Shown here one piece after another: positions 40,570 through 50,784 of a stretch of 64,000 nt of DNA; position 1 is the first letter of the stretch; the number at the start of each line of letters is the position of its first letter. The notes below the pieces were generated by a model, which saw only the letters and a program-made list of their open reading frames with translations, ran no database searches and was not told where the DNA came from. The position numbers were made by a program, and so were the translations under genes. Origin of the DNA: an uncultured Methylomirabilota bacterium (GTDB taxonomy: Bacteria > Methylomirabilota > Methylomirabilia > Methylomirabilales > 2-02-FULL-66-22); the NCBI GenBank assembly GCA_963705305.1, contig OY970067.1, positions 256,001 to 320,000 on the forward strand, in the 5' to 3' direction.

Positions 40570-40989
40570 TCACGGCCCTCCTCCCGTCTCGAGGCGACAC
40601 GCCACCGTGCTCGTCCTCACGACGTAGATCCGGCGGTTGTTGCTTCGAGGGTCCATGGGCACGAGGAAGAAGCTGGCTCCATCGACCTTGTAGCTGGGTG
40701 ACGTGCCGCGCAGCACTTCGCCGTCGCGAAACCGTACGCTCACCGGCTGCCCCAGCAGCGAGGACCGGGCCGCATCCGCCCGCTCCCGGTAGCTCGGGTC
40801 CCCCTCGAAATCTTTGACGAAGAAGAGGGCCTTCAGCTCAACCAGCCGCACGCGGATGTTTGTCCCCAGATCACCCGCGCCGCGCGGTCTGAGCAGAAAA
40901 AAATGTTGCGACGGCCGAAAATCCAGAGCGAAGCCTTTGAGAATCTGACCATCCAGAAAATGGGCGACAACCATGGGGTGACTCCGCAT
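40570..40989 (-). CDS. Hypothetical protein, DUF6982-like duplicated beta domain
   Basis: VVAHFLDGQILKG...LKALFFVKDF and VRFRDGEVLRG...FFLVP..SNN internal duplication. Confidence 0.7.
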   Translation of the reverse strand: MRSHPMVVAHFLDGQILKGFALDFRPSQHFFLLRPRGAGDLGTNIRVRLVELKALFFVKDFEGDPSYRERADAARSSLLGQPVSVRFRDGEVLRGTSPSYKVDGASFFLVPMDPRSNNRRIYVVRTSTVACRLETGGGP

Positions 40990-41092
40990 CTCCTCCCGGA
41001 GATCGTCCCGGCGCCCAGTGGGTTCATGCAGCCGTCCGGCTGACGCACCTGGCGAGGTGCGCCGAAGACCTTGGAGGTCCACCGGAAATTCC

Positions 41093-41686
41093 TCAGGCGC
41101 GCGGGCGAACTCGCGGGATCGCCGCGGATCTCCCCTGCCGCGCCGTAATGCGGAACACCTCATCCACTTCGCGAGTGCCGAATGGTTTCCGCATGAGCAT
41201 GACCGGTCCGAGGGCCAGAGCCTCCGCCACCGCAGGGTGATCCGGGAAGCCGGTCATCAGCACCACCAGCGCTCCGGGGTTGGCGGCGCGGAGGGCGCGA
41301 AACACGTCGGCGCCGGAACCGTCCGGAAGGATGACATCGAGGAAGACGAGGTCGAAGGCGGTCTCCTTGAGAAGGATCCGAGCCTCCTGGACACTTCCCG
41401 CCAGCGCGGGCGGGTGGCCATGGAGGCTCAGGACCCGCTGGAGGGTCCGCTGGAGGGTCGGATCATCATCCACGACCAGTATCTGTCGGTCCCCGGCGGA
41501 GCCTCCGCCCTGGAACCACTCTTCGAGCAGGCCCCGGCTGAAGCGCCAGCTTCCCCCGACCTTCACAGCCGGGATCTTGCAGCGCTGGGCCAGGCGATAC
41601 ACCGTGATCTCCCCGAGGCGCAGGAACTGGGCCGCTTCCCGAACCGTCAGCAGCTTTTCTCTCTCTTCAGTTACGCCAGCTTTCAT
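41093..41686 (-). CDS. Excisionase-like (HTH_17/BldC-like) DNA-binding protein fused to a receiver domain
   Basis: LLTVREAAQFLRL..ITVYRLAQ..KIPAVKVGGSWRF followed by ILVVDDD...FLD...KPF. Confidence 0.9.
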   Translation of the reverse strand: MKAGVTEEREKLLTVREAAQFLRLGEITVYRLAQRCKIPAVKVGGSWRFSRGLLEEWFQGGGSAGDRQILVVDDDPTLQRTLQRVLSLHGHPPALAGSVQEARILLKETAFDLVFLDVILPDGSGADVFRALRAANPGALVVLMTGFPDHPAVAEALALGPVMLMRKPFGTREVDEVFRITARQGRSAAIPRVRPRA

Positions 41687-41702
41687 TGCCAATTCTCTCC
41701 GC

Positions 41703-41762
41703 TATTTTAAAATATTTTAGTCTATTTTAGACTTTTATATCTAAATAAATCACACGTGTCAA
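41703..41762 (-). promoter_or_regulatory. Sigma70 promoter with three 10-bp-periodic direct repeats downstream of the -10 box
   Basis: TTGACA (41762-41757), 17 nt spacer, TATAAA (41739-41734). TATTTTA occurs at 41703, 41713 and 41723. Confidence 0.7.
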
Positions 41763-41980
41763 CTCCTAAAAAACATCAAAGCGTATTTTGGGGGAGCGGG
41801 TCCAGATTAATGGATAGATGGGGTCAGGCCCGCGTCTGGGAAGCAGTGGTTTGGGAAGGGTTCTACGGTCGAAGGGCGATGGTTCCCCCGGCAACAACCA
41901 GGAGCGGCCGAGGAATATAAGCGCCCCTGCTAACTGTTCAATTTGCCGAGGGATTCTCCGGGGAGCGAATTTCCCGCGGG

Positions 41981-42700
41981 CTATTGACCCAGCGTCAGAA
42001 CTCCCTGCATGGGATCAAGCTGTACGTGGAACCGGGAGAGGAAGGTGTTGCCCAGCAAGCCCACCACCTGACCGACGCCCGGAAGGTCGAGCACCGCGAC
42101 CTGCACGTCCCGCGCCTCGGCCCCGCCCACCCGGATGGACCCCACGCTGGCAATGGGAGCGCGGATGATGCCCGAGGCGGTGGCGATGGTCACCGTCGGC
42201 GAGCCGGCGCCGACGGAGATCCCCAACTCCTGCGCCAGCGCCGTCGAGATGGTGGTGAAGCTGGCGCCGGTGTCCAGGACGAACAGCGCCTCACGACGCC
42301 CGTTCAGCAGGGCGCGCACGAGAAAGGCATTGCTCGCGCGGATGAGCGGCACGGCGACCGTCCCCCCCTGCGAACTGGGCAGCTCGGCAAAACCGCCCAG
42401 GGACACGTCCACTTGCGACGTGAGTCCGGCCCGCACGGCCACGGCCCGGCTGGAAGAGGTGAAGCCCTGCTTGGAGACGTTCAAGCGGTAGTTCCCGGGA
42501 GGCACGCGAGTGAAGGTGAACCGTCCCTGGCTGTCGCTCCGCACGTCGCCCACACCCTCCAGATCAACGTCCGCCCCTTCCAGGAGGACGTTATTCTGTG
42601 AGACCACGCTGCCCACCACCGCCCCCGAGGCCGAGTCCTGCGCCCGGGCCGGGGTCGCCAGGAACAGCAGAACTGCCGCAACTGCCACCAATGCCCGCAT
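41981..42700 (-). CDS. Secreted retropepsin-like aspartic protease with N-terminal carboxypeptidase-regulatory-like domain
   Basis: Signal peptide, VPPGNYRL beta-sandwich, FVLDTGAS, GLLGNTFL. Confidence 0.88.
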   Translation of the reverse strand: MRALVAVAAVLLFLATPARAQDSASGAVVGSVVSQNNVLLEGADVDLEGVGDVRSDSQGRFTFTRVPPGNYRLNVSKQGFTSSSRAVAVRAGLTSQVDVSLGGFAELPSSQGGTVAVPLIRASNAFLVRALLNGRREALFVLDTGASFTTISTALAQELGISVGAGSPTVTIATASGIIRAPIASVGSIRVGGAEARDVQVAVLDLPGVGQVVGLLGNTFLSRFHVQLDPMQGVLTLGQ

Positions 42701-43061
42701 GAGGTCCTCCACCGCTCGGGAGCACACGCGGAAACCAGGTTAAAGCCGGTCTCGCCCCCCGCCGTCCGCAGCCGTTGTCGAGATCGTATACTGCAGTTCG
42801 ACGGCAAAACACGCAAGGGAAATTCGTGCGTTTCGATGAGCCGACGCCGGACATTTCGGAAGGGGCTCGGCGTCTGCCGCTCCGGCAGTTCGATAGGCCC
42901 GAGGCCGAGCGGCATTCCTTCGCGGTCATTGTCGCCTCGGCTCTTCCCCCGCGGTGGTTGCTCTGAGCCGGCCCGGCAGTGGTGCGCCCAGAAGACATCT
43001 CCCCATGCCGCTTGCCTCGAAGCCGGTTGATCCGGGTACCCCGACCCTTCCGCGGAGTTGA

Positions 43062-45527
43062 CTACACCCCTTCCCGCTCCCGCGCGAGACGCGCCTCCTG
43101 CGAACAGTCCCGCCCCGGCGTGTAGCCGCGCAGGGGAATCAAGCGGGTGTGGACGGCGTCCAGGAGCCATTCGGGCTGGGGAAAGAACAGCGCTTCCTGC
43201 TCCGCCGCCGGGGTGATCCAGTTCCGGGCCCCCACGGTCACGACGGGCGCGTCCAGGGCGTCGAAGGCCAGCTCCTGGACAGTGGCCGCCAAGGTGTGGG
43301 CGAAGCCGCCCCTGGCGCAGGCGTCGCCGGCCACGAGGAGCCGGCCCGTCTTCCGCACCGACGCCAGGACCGGCCGGTAGTCGAAGGGGACCAGACTGCG
43401 GGCGTCGATCACCTCGGCGGCCAGGCCGAACTCTTGCTCCAGCCGGTCGGCGGCCTCCAGGGCCCGGTAGAGCGCGGCCCCGATGGTCAGGACGGTGAGG
43501 TCGGCCCCGGATCGCTTCACCTCCGGCAGGCCGAGGGGAATGGCGTAGTCGCCGGCCGGGACCTCCTTCTGGAACCACTCCGTTACCCCGTACAGGCGCT
43601 GGCTCTCAAAGAAGACCACCGGATCGCTTCCCGCCAGGGCCGCGGCCAGGAGTCCCTTGGCGTCGTAGGGGGTGGCCGGAAACACCACCTGGAGGCCGGG
43701 GACGTGGGCGGTCATGGCGCTCCAGTCCTGGGAGTGCTGGGCGCCGTACTTGCTCCCCACGCTGATGCGTAGGACCACCGGCAGCTCGAGGACGCCCGCG
43801 GACAGGGCCTGCCACTTGGCGAGCTGGTTGAAGATCTCGTCCCCCGCCCGCCCCAGGAAGTCGCAGTACATGAGCTCGACCAGGGCCCGCCCGCCCTCCA
43901 GGGCGTAGCCTACCGCGCTCCCAACGATGGCGCCCTCGGAGATGGGGGCGTTGAAGAGCCGGTGGTACGGGAGGCTCTCGGTCAGTCCCCGGTACACCGC
44001 GAACGCCCCGTCCCAGTCCCGGTTCTCCTCCCCGTAGATGATCAGCCGATCGTCGTGGTAGGCGCGGTGGAGGACCGCCTCGAAGAGGGCGTCGCGGACG
44101 GACACCGCTTTCATCTCGGGGAGCCGCTCGCCGGTGTTCGGGTCGATCCCGGACCGGCGCTTCCGAGCGATCTGCCGGAGCCGGCTGTTTTCCGCCATCG
44201 GCTTACACACCGCGCCGCCGGCGACAAGCGGCCCGGGGGGCACGGTCCGGCGGGAGAACATGACCCGCGCGATCGCCTCCTCCCTCAGGCGGGGGGAGAC
44301 CGCCGGATCGGCGGCCAGGCGGACGGCCTGGCAGACCTTCCCCGCGGCAAAGGCGTGCAGCCCATCCAGCTCCGCCTCGGTCGCGGCCCGGTCGGCCAGA
44401 AGTTGGGCCCGGAACTCTTGGAGGGGATCCGCGTCCTTCCAGAGCTGGAGCTCTTCCCGGGTACGGTAGGAGCCGGCGTCGCTGGGGGAGTGGCCGCTCT
44501 GACGATAGGTGATGATGTCGAGCAGCACGGGGCCGTCCCCGGCGGCGAGCACGGCCCGCTTGCGCCGGAGGGCGTCAATGACGGCCAGCGGGTTGTTCCC
44601 GTCCACGGTCTCGGCGTGCAGGTTCCACCGGTTGAGGCCGGCACCGAGAGCCGCCAGGCGCTGGAATCCCATGGTTTCGCCCCGGGTCTGGCCCCCCATT
44701 CCGTAGAAGTTGTCCATGAAGGCGAACAGCACCGGGAGCCCCCCGCGGTAGTCCGGCTCCCACAGGCTCCAGAGCTGGCCCATGGTGGCGAAGTGCAGGG
44801 CCTCCCACACGGGGCCGCAGCCGGCGGAGGCGTCCCCGATGTTCGCGACGACGATCCCGGGCTGGCGTCGGACCCTCTTCCAGAGGGCCGCCCCGGCGGC
44901 GATGCCGGCGCTCCCCCCCACGATGGCGTTGTTGGGAAAGATCCCGAATGGAGGGAAGAAGGCGTGCATGGAGCCGCCCAGGCCCCGGTTGAAGCCGGTG
45001 GCCCGCCCCAGGATCTCGGCCAGCAGCCCGTAGAGCAGATAGCTGACGGCCAGATCCTTCACCCCCTCTGACGGCTCGCGCTCGACCGCCCGCAGGATGT
45101 CGCCGCCGAGGTAGCCGGCCATGATCCGGGTGAGCTCCCCCTCGGAAAGCCGGCGGATGGCGGAGAATCCCTTGGCGAGGATCTCGGCGTGGCTCCGGTG
45201 GCTGCCGTAGATATGGTCCTCCGGCCCGAGGAGGAACGCCTCCCCGACGGCCGCCGCCTCCTGCCCGATGGACAGGTGCGCGGGCCCCGCGTGGACGCAG
45301 GCAACATCCCGGTAGCGGCCCAGCCGCTTGATCTCGTCCAGCATGGTCTCGAACTCGCGGATGAGGGCCATGTCGCGGTACAGCCCCACGGCATCCGCCG
45401 CCGAGAGGCGCCCCTCGGCGATCTCCGCGGCCAGGCTCTTGGCGTACTGGTTGACCGGGATGGTTCCCAGGTCGAGGGTCTCCGACCGGCGGACTTCGGC
45501 GGGATCAACGATGAGCGATTTCACCAT
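43062..45527 (-). CDS. Fused alpha/beta TPP-dependent dehydrogenase E1
   Basis: GQEAAA, HRSH, GGSMH, GDA..DN, then YGEEN, PISEGAIVG, AQHSQ, IDARSLVP. Confidence 0.9.
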   Translation of the reverse strand: MVKSLIVDPAEVRRSETLDLGTIPVNQYAKSLAAEIAEGRLSAADAVGLYRDMALIREFETMLDEIKRLGRYRDVACVHAGPAHLSIGQEAAAVGEAFLLGPEDHIYGSHRSHAEILAKGFSAIRRLSEGELTRIMAGYLGGDILRAVEREPSEGVKDLAVSYLLYGLLAEILGRATGFNRGLGGSMHAFFPPFGIFPNNAIVGGSAGIAAGAALWKRVRRQPGIVVANIGDASAGCGPVWEALHFATMGQLWSLWEPDYRGGLPVLFAFMDNFYGMGGQTRGETMGFQRLAALGAGLNRWNLHAETVDGNNPLAVIDALRRKRAVLAAGDGPVLLDIITYRQSGHSPSDAGSYRTREELQLWKDADPLQEFRAQLLADRAATEAELDGLHAFAAGKVCQAVRLAADPAVSPRLREEAIARVMFSRRTVPPGPLVAGGAVCKPMAENSRLRQIARKRRSGIDPNTGERLPEMKAVSVRDALFEAVLHRAYHDDRLIIYGEENRDWDGAFAVYRGLTESLPYHRLFNAPISEGAIVGSAVGYALEGGRALVELMYCDFLGRAGDEIFNQLAKWQALSAGVLELPVVLRISVGSKYGAQHSQDWSAMTAHVPGLQVVFPATPYDAKGLLAAALAGSDPVVFFESQRLYGVTEWFQKEVPAGDYAIPLGLPEVKRSGADLTVLTIGAALYRALEAADRLEQEFGLAAEVIDARSLVPFDYRPVLASVRKTGRLLVAGDACARGGFAHTLAATVQELAFDALDAPVVTVGARNWITPAAEQEALFFPQPEWLLDAVHTRLIPLRGYTPGRDCSQEARLAREREGV

Positions 45528-46052
45528 GAGTCGGGGGCTCCATCCCTTCGGCGGACGTCTCGGCCCGCCGAAAACATTCGTGCGGAGCGGCGGTCCCCTC
45601 GCCCCTGCTTCGCATGATTGCGGATATACTCGACGAATCCCCGGACATGTCAAGCCCGTAATTTATCCGCTGGCGGCGCATTGATGGGTGGAAGCGCGGT
45701 CTCTCCACCCCCACCAGCCCTGCCGGATCCCCATGCGACGCCACGGCGGAGATCGCCAGGCCGCGCGCCCAGGTGCGCCTCCAAACGGAGACGCGTTCCC
45801 GCCGGAAGATCTTCACGGGCCGCCGGCACTGGGCGCAGATCGCCCGCATCCCCCCTGGAGGGACGGGCACCTTGGTCCTACCCTCCCGGATTTGACAGAC
45901 CGACCCTGGGGGAATAGCCTACTAACTAGATCGTGTTTCACACCTATTTCAGTGACCCTGGATTGGGTCCAAGTCCGGATCACCCTTTCCGGCACTGGCG
46001 CCTGACGACAGCCGAGTTTCATCCGGCCGTTGACAGGCAGGGGGGATAGGCC

Positions 46053-47942
46053 ATGGCTGACCGGAAATTGAAGGTCGTCGATTTCGAATCTGCGGATCGT
46101 GAGTTGCGCAGGACGATGCCCCTGCAACACTTGCTGTTCCTCTCCCTCGGCGGCATCATTGGATCGGGCTGGCTGTTCGCCGTCCTGGATGCCGACTCCA
46201 CCGCGGGGCCCGCCTCGGTCCTTTCGTGGGTCCTGGGGGGCATATTTGTGCTGCTGATTGCCCTCACCTACGCGGAGATCTCGGGGATGCTGCCCCGCAG
46301 CGGCGCGATCGTGCGTTACCCGGCGCTCACCCACGGGGCCTACACCGGGTTCATCCTCGGGTGGGCGTACTTGCTGGCTGCCGTCTCCGTGGCGGCCATC
46401 GAGGCAGAGGCGGTCGTCACCTACCTGTCCTCGAAGTTCCAGGGCGCCAACTTCACCGCGACGGAGAACGGCGTCAAGGTGCTCACCTGGCCGAACGGCA
46501 TCGGCTTCGCCGTGGGCCTGATGGCCCTCTTCTTCGTCGTGAACTATGCGGGAGTCCGCTTCCTCTCCGAGTTCAACCGCTGGATCACCTGGTGGAAGCT
46601 GATCATCCCGACGCTCACCTTCCTGCTGCTCTTCCTGGCGTTCAAAGGATCCAATTTCACGGCGTACGGGGGCTTTGCCCCGCTCGGTACGGCGCCGGTC
46701 TTCCAGGCGCTGGCGACCTCCGGCATCGTGTTCGCCTATCTGGGCTTCCGCCAGGCGCTCGACTTCGGGGGCGAGGCCCGGAACCCGCAGCGCGACGTGC
46801 CCCTCGCGACGATCCTATCGGTGCTGATCGGCATGGCCCTCTACGTGCTGCTCCAAATCGCCTTCACCGGCGCGCTCGACTTCGGCAAGGCGGGCATTCC
46901 GGCCGGCGCCTGGGGACAGCTCAAGGGGAGCAGCTGGGCCAGCGGGCCGCTCTACTCCGCCCTGAATGCCGCCGGCATCGGGTTGCTGGGCGCGTTCGCC
47001 TCGATCCTGTTGATCGACGCGGCGATCTCGCCGTCGGGCACGGGCTGGATCTACCTCGGGACGGGCGCGCGCTCCTTCTACGGCCTGAGCGTGAACCGCT
47101 ACTTCCCGCGCACCCTGCAGGTCATGAACCGCTTCCGCATCCCGGTCGTCTCGCTGGCCGCGGCGGCCGTCGTGGGATGCCTCTTCTTCATTCCCCTGCC
47201 GAGCTGGTACACCCTGGTGGGGTTCATCACCTCGGCGACGGTGCTGACCTACATCATGGGCGGCATCGGGCTGCCGGTGCTCCGGCGGACCGCTCCCGGA
47301 CTGGCGCGGCCCTTCCGGCTCCCCGTCGCCAACCTCATCTCGCCGCTCAGCTTCCTGGCGGCGCTGATGGTGGTGTACTGGGCCGGCTTCACGACCCTCG
47401 TCAACGTGTTCGCGGCCGTCTTCGTCGGGCTCTGCCTCTTCGTCTGGTTCTATGCGCCGAACGAAGGGTGGATCGGGCGCGGCGCCGGCGCAGCACTGGG
47501 AATCGCCTTCCTGGTCGTCTGGGTCGCCGTCAACAAGCTGGGCGGCTGGATCCTCAACACGGGCTCCAGCGCGGCGCCGGGCTCCCTGAGCTTCCCGGCG
47601 TACTTCGCGCTGTTCGCCGCCACCCTGATCGTCTTCTCCGCGATCTTGTGGTGGCTCAGCAGCTCCACCGGACGGCAGCACGTCGCGCGCTCGACCTGGC
47701 TGCTGTTCATGCTGCTGGGGACATTCCTCCTCTCCTACTACGGCGAGTACGGCCCGCTCAAGCCCGCGCCGATCCCCTTCCCGGTGAGCGATCTGCTGGA
47801 GGTCACGTTGGGCCTGGTCGCGTACTACTGGGGGGTGGCCAGCGGGTTCGCAACGGATGAGCTCCAGGTAATCATCGGAGGCGAGCAGACGAAACCGGGC
47901 CAGCCCGGCCCGTCGCAGCGGGACCTCAGATCCGCGGCGTGA
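46053..47942 (+). CDS. APC family amino acid permease
   Basis: GGIIGSGW, YAEISGMLPRSG, GEARNPQRDVP; many TM helices. Confidence 0.92.
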   Translation: MADRKLKVVDFESADRELRRTMPLQHLLFLSLGGIIGSGWLFAVLDADSTAGPASVLSWVLGGIFVLLIALTYAEISGMLPRSGAIVRYPALTHGAYTGFILGWAYLLAAVSVAAIEAEAVVTYLSSKFQGANFTATENGVKVLTWPNGIGFAVGLMALFFVVNYAGVRFLSEFNRWITWWKLIIPTLTFLLLFLAFKGSNFTAYGGFAPLGTAPVFQALATSGIVFAYLGFRQALDFGGEARNPQRDVPLATILSVLIGMALYVLLQIAFTGALDFGKAGIPAGAWGQLKGSSWASGPLYSALNAAGIGLLGAFASILLIDAAISPSGTGWIYLGTGARSFYGLSVNRYFPRTLQVMNRFRIPVVSLAAAAVVGCLFFIPLPSWYTLVGFITSATVLTYIMGGIGLPVLRRTAPGLARPFRLPVANLISPLSFLAALMVVYWAGFTTLVNVFAAVFVGLCLFVWFYAPNEGWIGRGAGAALGIAFLVVWVAVNKLGGWILNTGSSAAPGSLSFPAYFALFAATLIVFSAILWWLSSSTGRQHVARSTWLLFMLLGTFLLSYYGEYGPLKPAPIPFPVSDLLEVTLGLVAYYWGVASGFATDELQVIIGGEQTKPGQPGPSQRDLRSAA

Positions 47943-47956
47943 CCCCAATCCTGCGC

Positions 47957-47995
47957 GTTCAGGGGGGTGGCGGACCGGCCGCCACCCCCCTGAAC
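47957..47995 (+). terminator. Strong hairpin downstream of the APC permease
   Basis: GTTCAGGGGGGTGGCGG, loop, CCGCCACCCCCCTGAAC perfect stem. Confidence 0.6.
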
Positions 47996-48332
47996 ATCAA
48001 GCGGGAGCCCGCGAGCCCGATCGGCCTCGAGCCCCACACCTCCCCCTCGAATCACGCGCACACTTCTCCCGCACGCGAGCAGTCGCGGCCTCCCGCCTCC
48101 CGGCCCCGTTCGCCCGCATGGGCGCCCATTCGCAAGATTCGTCTTGACCCCCGCCTCTCTGCGAAGGTAATAATGCCGCCACGCACGTTGGCCCGGAACG
48201 CCGCGCCTGCTGTTTTCTCCTGGATGCGCAGGAGAGTCCGCTTCCGATGGCGCTTCCGTTGCCGTTTCTCGCCTGGATCCCGGGAAACCGCCTTCGCGCC
48301 GGGTCGCCGACGCCTAAAGAGGAGATTGCACG

Positions 48333-49523
48333 ATGAAGCCGGTGCGCGTCGGTATGGTGGGCGCGGGGTTCTCCGCGGCGTTTCACCTGCGCTCCTACCG
48401 GCAGGTGCAGGGCGTCCCCGTACAGATCGCCGCCCTAGCGAGCCGGACCAGGTCCCGCGCCGAAGGCCTGGCGGGGCAGTTCGGCATCCCGACCGTGCAC
48501 GACGACTACCGCCGGCTCCTGGACGATCCTTCCATCGTCGTCATCGATCTCTGCGTGCCGAATGCCCTGCACCTTCCCTTGGTCTTGGAGGCCGCCAAGG
48601 CCGGCAAGCACGTCATCTGCGAAAAACCGCTCACGGGGTATTTCGGCCAGGGGGAGGCGAAGGTGGGCGCCACCTCCAAGCGGGTGATGCTCGAAAAGGT
48701 GCGCGCCGACCTTGCCGAGGTCACCCGCGTGACGACGGAGTACCCGGTAAAGTTTTGCTACGCGGAAAACTGGGTCTACGCGCCGGCCGTGCGAAAGGCC
48801 CTGGAGATCCTCGACCGCTTCGCGTCCACCGCATCCATTCTCGAGATCCGCGGCGAGGAGTCTCACAGCGGCTCCCACTCGGAGTACTCGAAGTGGTGGC
48901 GCCACGCGGGGGGCGGCTCGCTGGCGCGGCTGGCGGCCCACCCCATCGGGCTGGGCCTGTTCCTCAAACACGTCGAAGGGAGGAAGAAGACGGGGCGGCC
49001 GATTCTCCCGGTCGAGGTGCTGGCCGACGGCGTCGATCTCACGAAGACCCCCGCCTTCGCCTCGGCGCAGGGCTCCCCCCTGGTGACCGGCTGGGGAGAT
49101 GTGGAGACCTGGGCGCAGGCGACCGTCACCTTCTCCGATGGCAGCCGGGGCATCTTCCTCGGCGCCGACGATTTGCTGGGCGGCATGGAATCGACGGTGG
49201 ACATCCGCCTCAGCAACGCCCGGCTGAAGCTCGACTTCCTGCCGGTCCGCGTCTGCCAGCTCTTCACCGTGGATCCAACACCGGTGCAGGACGTTTACTT
49301 CAATGAGAAGCAGGAGACCAAGGCCGGCCTCTCCTTCCCCAATCCGGATGAGGAATGGATGCTGGGCTACCCGCAAGAAATCCAGGATTTCATGGAGGCC
49401 GTCGCGCATGACCGGGCGCCCGCGAGCGGGCTGGAGCTGGCCAAGCAGGTGGTCGAGGTGGTCTACGCCGGCTACGTGTCCATGGAGGAGCGGCGGAAGA
49501 TCGCCGTGTCCGCAACCGCGTAG
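48333..49523 (+). CDS. Gfo/Idh/MocA family oxidoreductase
   Basis: VGMVGAGF, HVICEKP, YAENW, GGGSL...H. Confidence 0.9.
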   Translation: MKPVRVGMVGAGFSAAFHLRSYRQVQGVPVQIAALASRTRSRAEGLAGQFGIPTVHDDYRRLLDDPSIVVIDLCVPNALHLPLVLEAAKAGKHVICEKPLTGYFGQGEAKVGATSKRVMLEKVRADLAEVTRVTTEYPVKFCYAENWVYAPAVRKALEILDRFASTASILEIRGEESHSGSHSEYSKWWRHAGGGSLARLAAHPIGLGLFLKHVEGRKKTGRPILPVEVLADGVDLTKTPAFASAQGSPLVTGWGDVETWAQATVTFSDGSRGIFLGADDLLGGMESTVDIRLSNARLKLDFLPVRVCQLFTVDPTPVQDVYFNEKQETKAGLSFPNPDEEWMLGYPQEIQDFMEAVAHDRAPASGLELAKQVVEVVYAGYVSMEERRKIAVSATA

Positions 49524-49548
49524 GCGTCGCGCCCGAGGGGGAATATAG

Positions 49549-50784
49549 ATGAAGGCCGATCTGTTCGATCTTCCCGTCAGCATCGGAAACGTCACGCTGC
49601 GGAACCCCTTTATCGTCGGCTCGGGGCCGACGGTGAAGAATCTGGAGCAGCTCAGGCTCATCGAGCAATGCGGCTGGGGCGCGGCCTCCACCAAGCAGAC
49701 ATACAACCCCCGGCCCTACATCAGCTACGACCCCCGCTACCGCTGGCTGAAGAAGGAGAAGCTTCACATCTTCACCGCCGAGCACCGGCTGGACATGGAG
49801 ACCGGCCTGCGGCTGGTCGAGGGGGCGCGCAAAGCCTGCCGCGACCTGGTGATCATCGCCAACTACTCCGACAGCGGCGACAACCTCGACAGCTGGGAGG
49901 AAGGGGCCCGACGCTTCGAGGCGGCGGGCGCGCAGATTCTGGAGCTCAATTTCTGCTGCCCCAACATGTCCTTCAGCGTGGATGTCTCGGATCCCGCGCA
50001 CAGGGAGCAGCGCGTCTCGTCGGGTGCCAGTATGGGCCAGGAGGAGGCGCAGGTGACGGCCGTCGTCGGGAGGCTCCGCAAGGCGCTCGGCATTCCCATC
50101 ATCGCCAAGTTGACCCCCGAGGGGGGGCGCATCGGCCAGGTGGCCAAGGCGGCCATCGATGCGGGCGCCGACGCCGTGAGCGGCGTGGCCAACCGGCTCG
50201 GCATCGCCCCCATCGACATCTGGAACTACCGGAAGCCCATCTACAACCTCCAGGGGGAAAACACCCTGGGATGCTTGTCCGGGCCCTGGATCCGGCCGCT
50301 GGCCATGCGGGATGTCTTCGAGATGCGCAAGCTCCTGGGCCCGGGCCCGCACATCAACGGCACCGGCGGCATTGCCTCGATGCCCGACGCGGTCCAGATG
50401 ATGATGTGCGGCGCCGACACCATCGGCGTCTGCACGGAGACCATGCTCCGGGGCTTCGCCTTCCTAGAGCATTGGATGAAGGCCCTCAAAGACTACATGC
50501 AGAAAATGGGCTTTCAGACGGCCCGGGACATCCGGGACCTCTTGCTGCCCGAGCTGAAGTCGGCCGCCGAGCTGACCCTGTGGGCCGGCTACGCCCGGGT
50601 GGACACGGCCAAATGCTCGGGCTGCGGCGAGTGCGTCGAGATCGGCCATTGCGACGCCATCACCATGATCGACGGCGTCGCCTACGTGGATCCCAAGCTG
50701 TGCAAGGGCTGCTCCACCTGCATCGACGTTTGCCCGAAGCAGTCCATCAGCATGGTGGAAGAGCGGGTGACACCGCAGTTGTAA
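49549..50784 (+). CDS. Dihydropyrimidine dehydrogenase PreA-like FMN enzyme with C-terminal 2x4Fe-4S
   Basis: LRNPFIVGSGP, ELNFCCPN, AKLTP, SGP, GTGGI; CSGCGEC and CKGCSTC..CP. Confidence 0.85.
   Translation: MKADLFDLPVSIGNVTLRNPFIVGSGPTVKNLEQLRLIEQCGWGAASTKQTYNPRPYISYDPRYRWLKKEKLHIFTAEHRLDMETGLRLVEGARKACRDLVIIANYSDSGDNLDSWEEGARRFEAAGAQILELNFCCPNMSFSVDVSDPAHREQRVSSGASMGQEEAQVTAVVGRLRKALGIPIIAKLTPEGGRIGQVAKAAIDAGADAVSGVANRLGIAPIDIWNYRKPIYNLQGENTLGCLSGPWIRPLAMRDVFEMRKLLGPGPHINGTGGIASMPDAVQMMMCGADTIGVCTETMLRGFAFLEHWMKALKDYMQKMGFQTARDIRDLLLPELKSAAELTLWAGYARVDTAKCSGCGECVEIGHCDAITMIDGVAYVDPKLCKGCSTCIDVCPKQSISMVEERVTPQL

Noticed and set aside
42800..42850. GGCAAA...GCAA stem resembling a c-di-GMP-I riboswitch
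   Set aside because: It lacks the two-hairpin tetraloop/receptor layout and is on the wrong strand for the adjacent gene.
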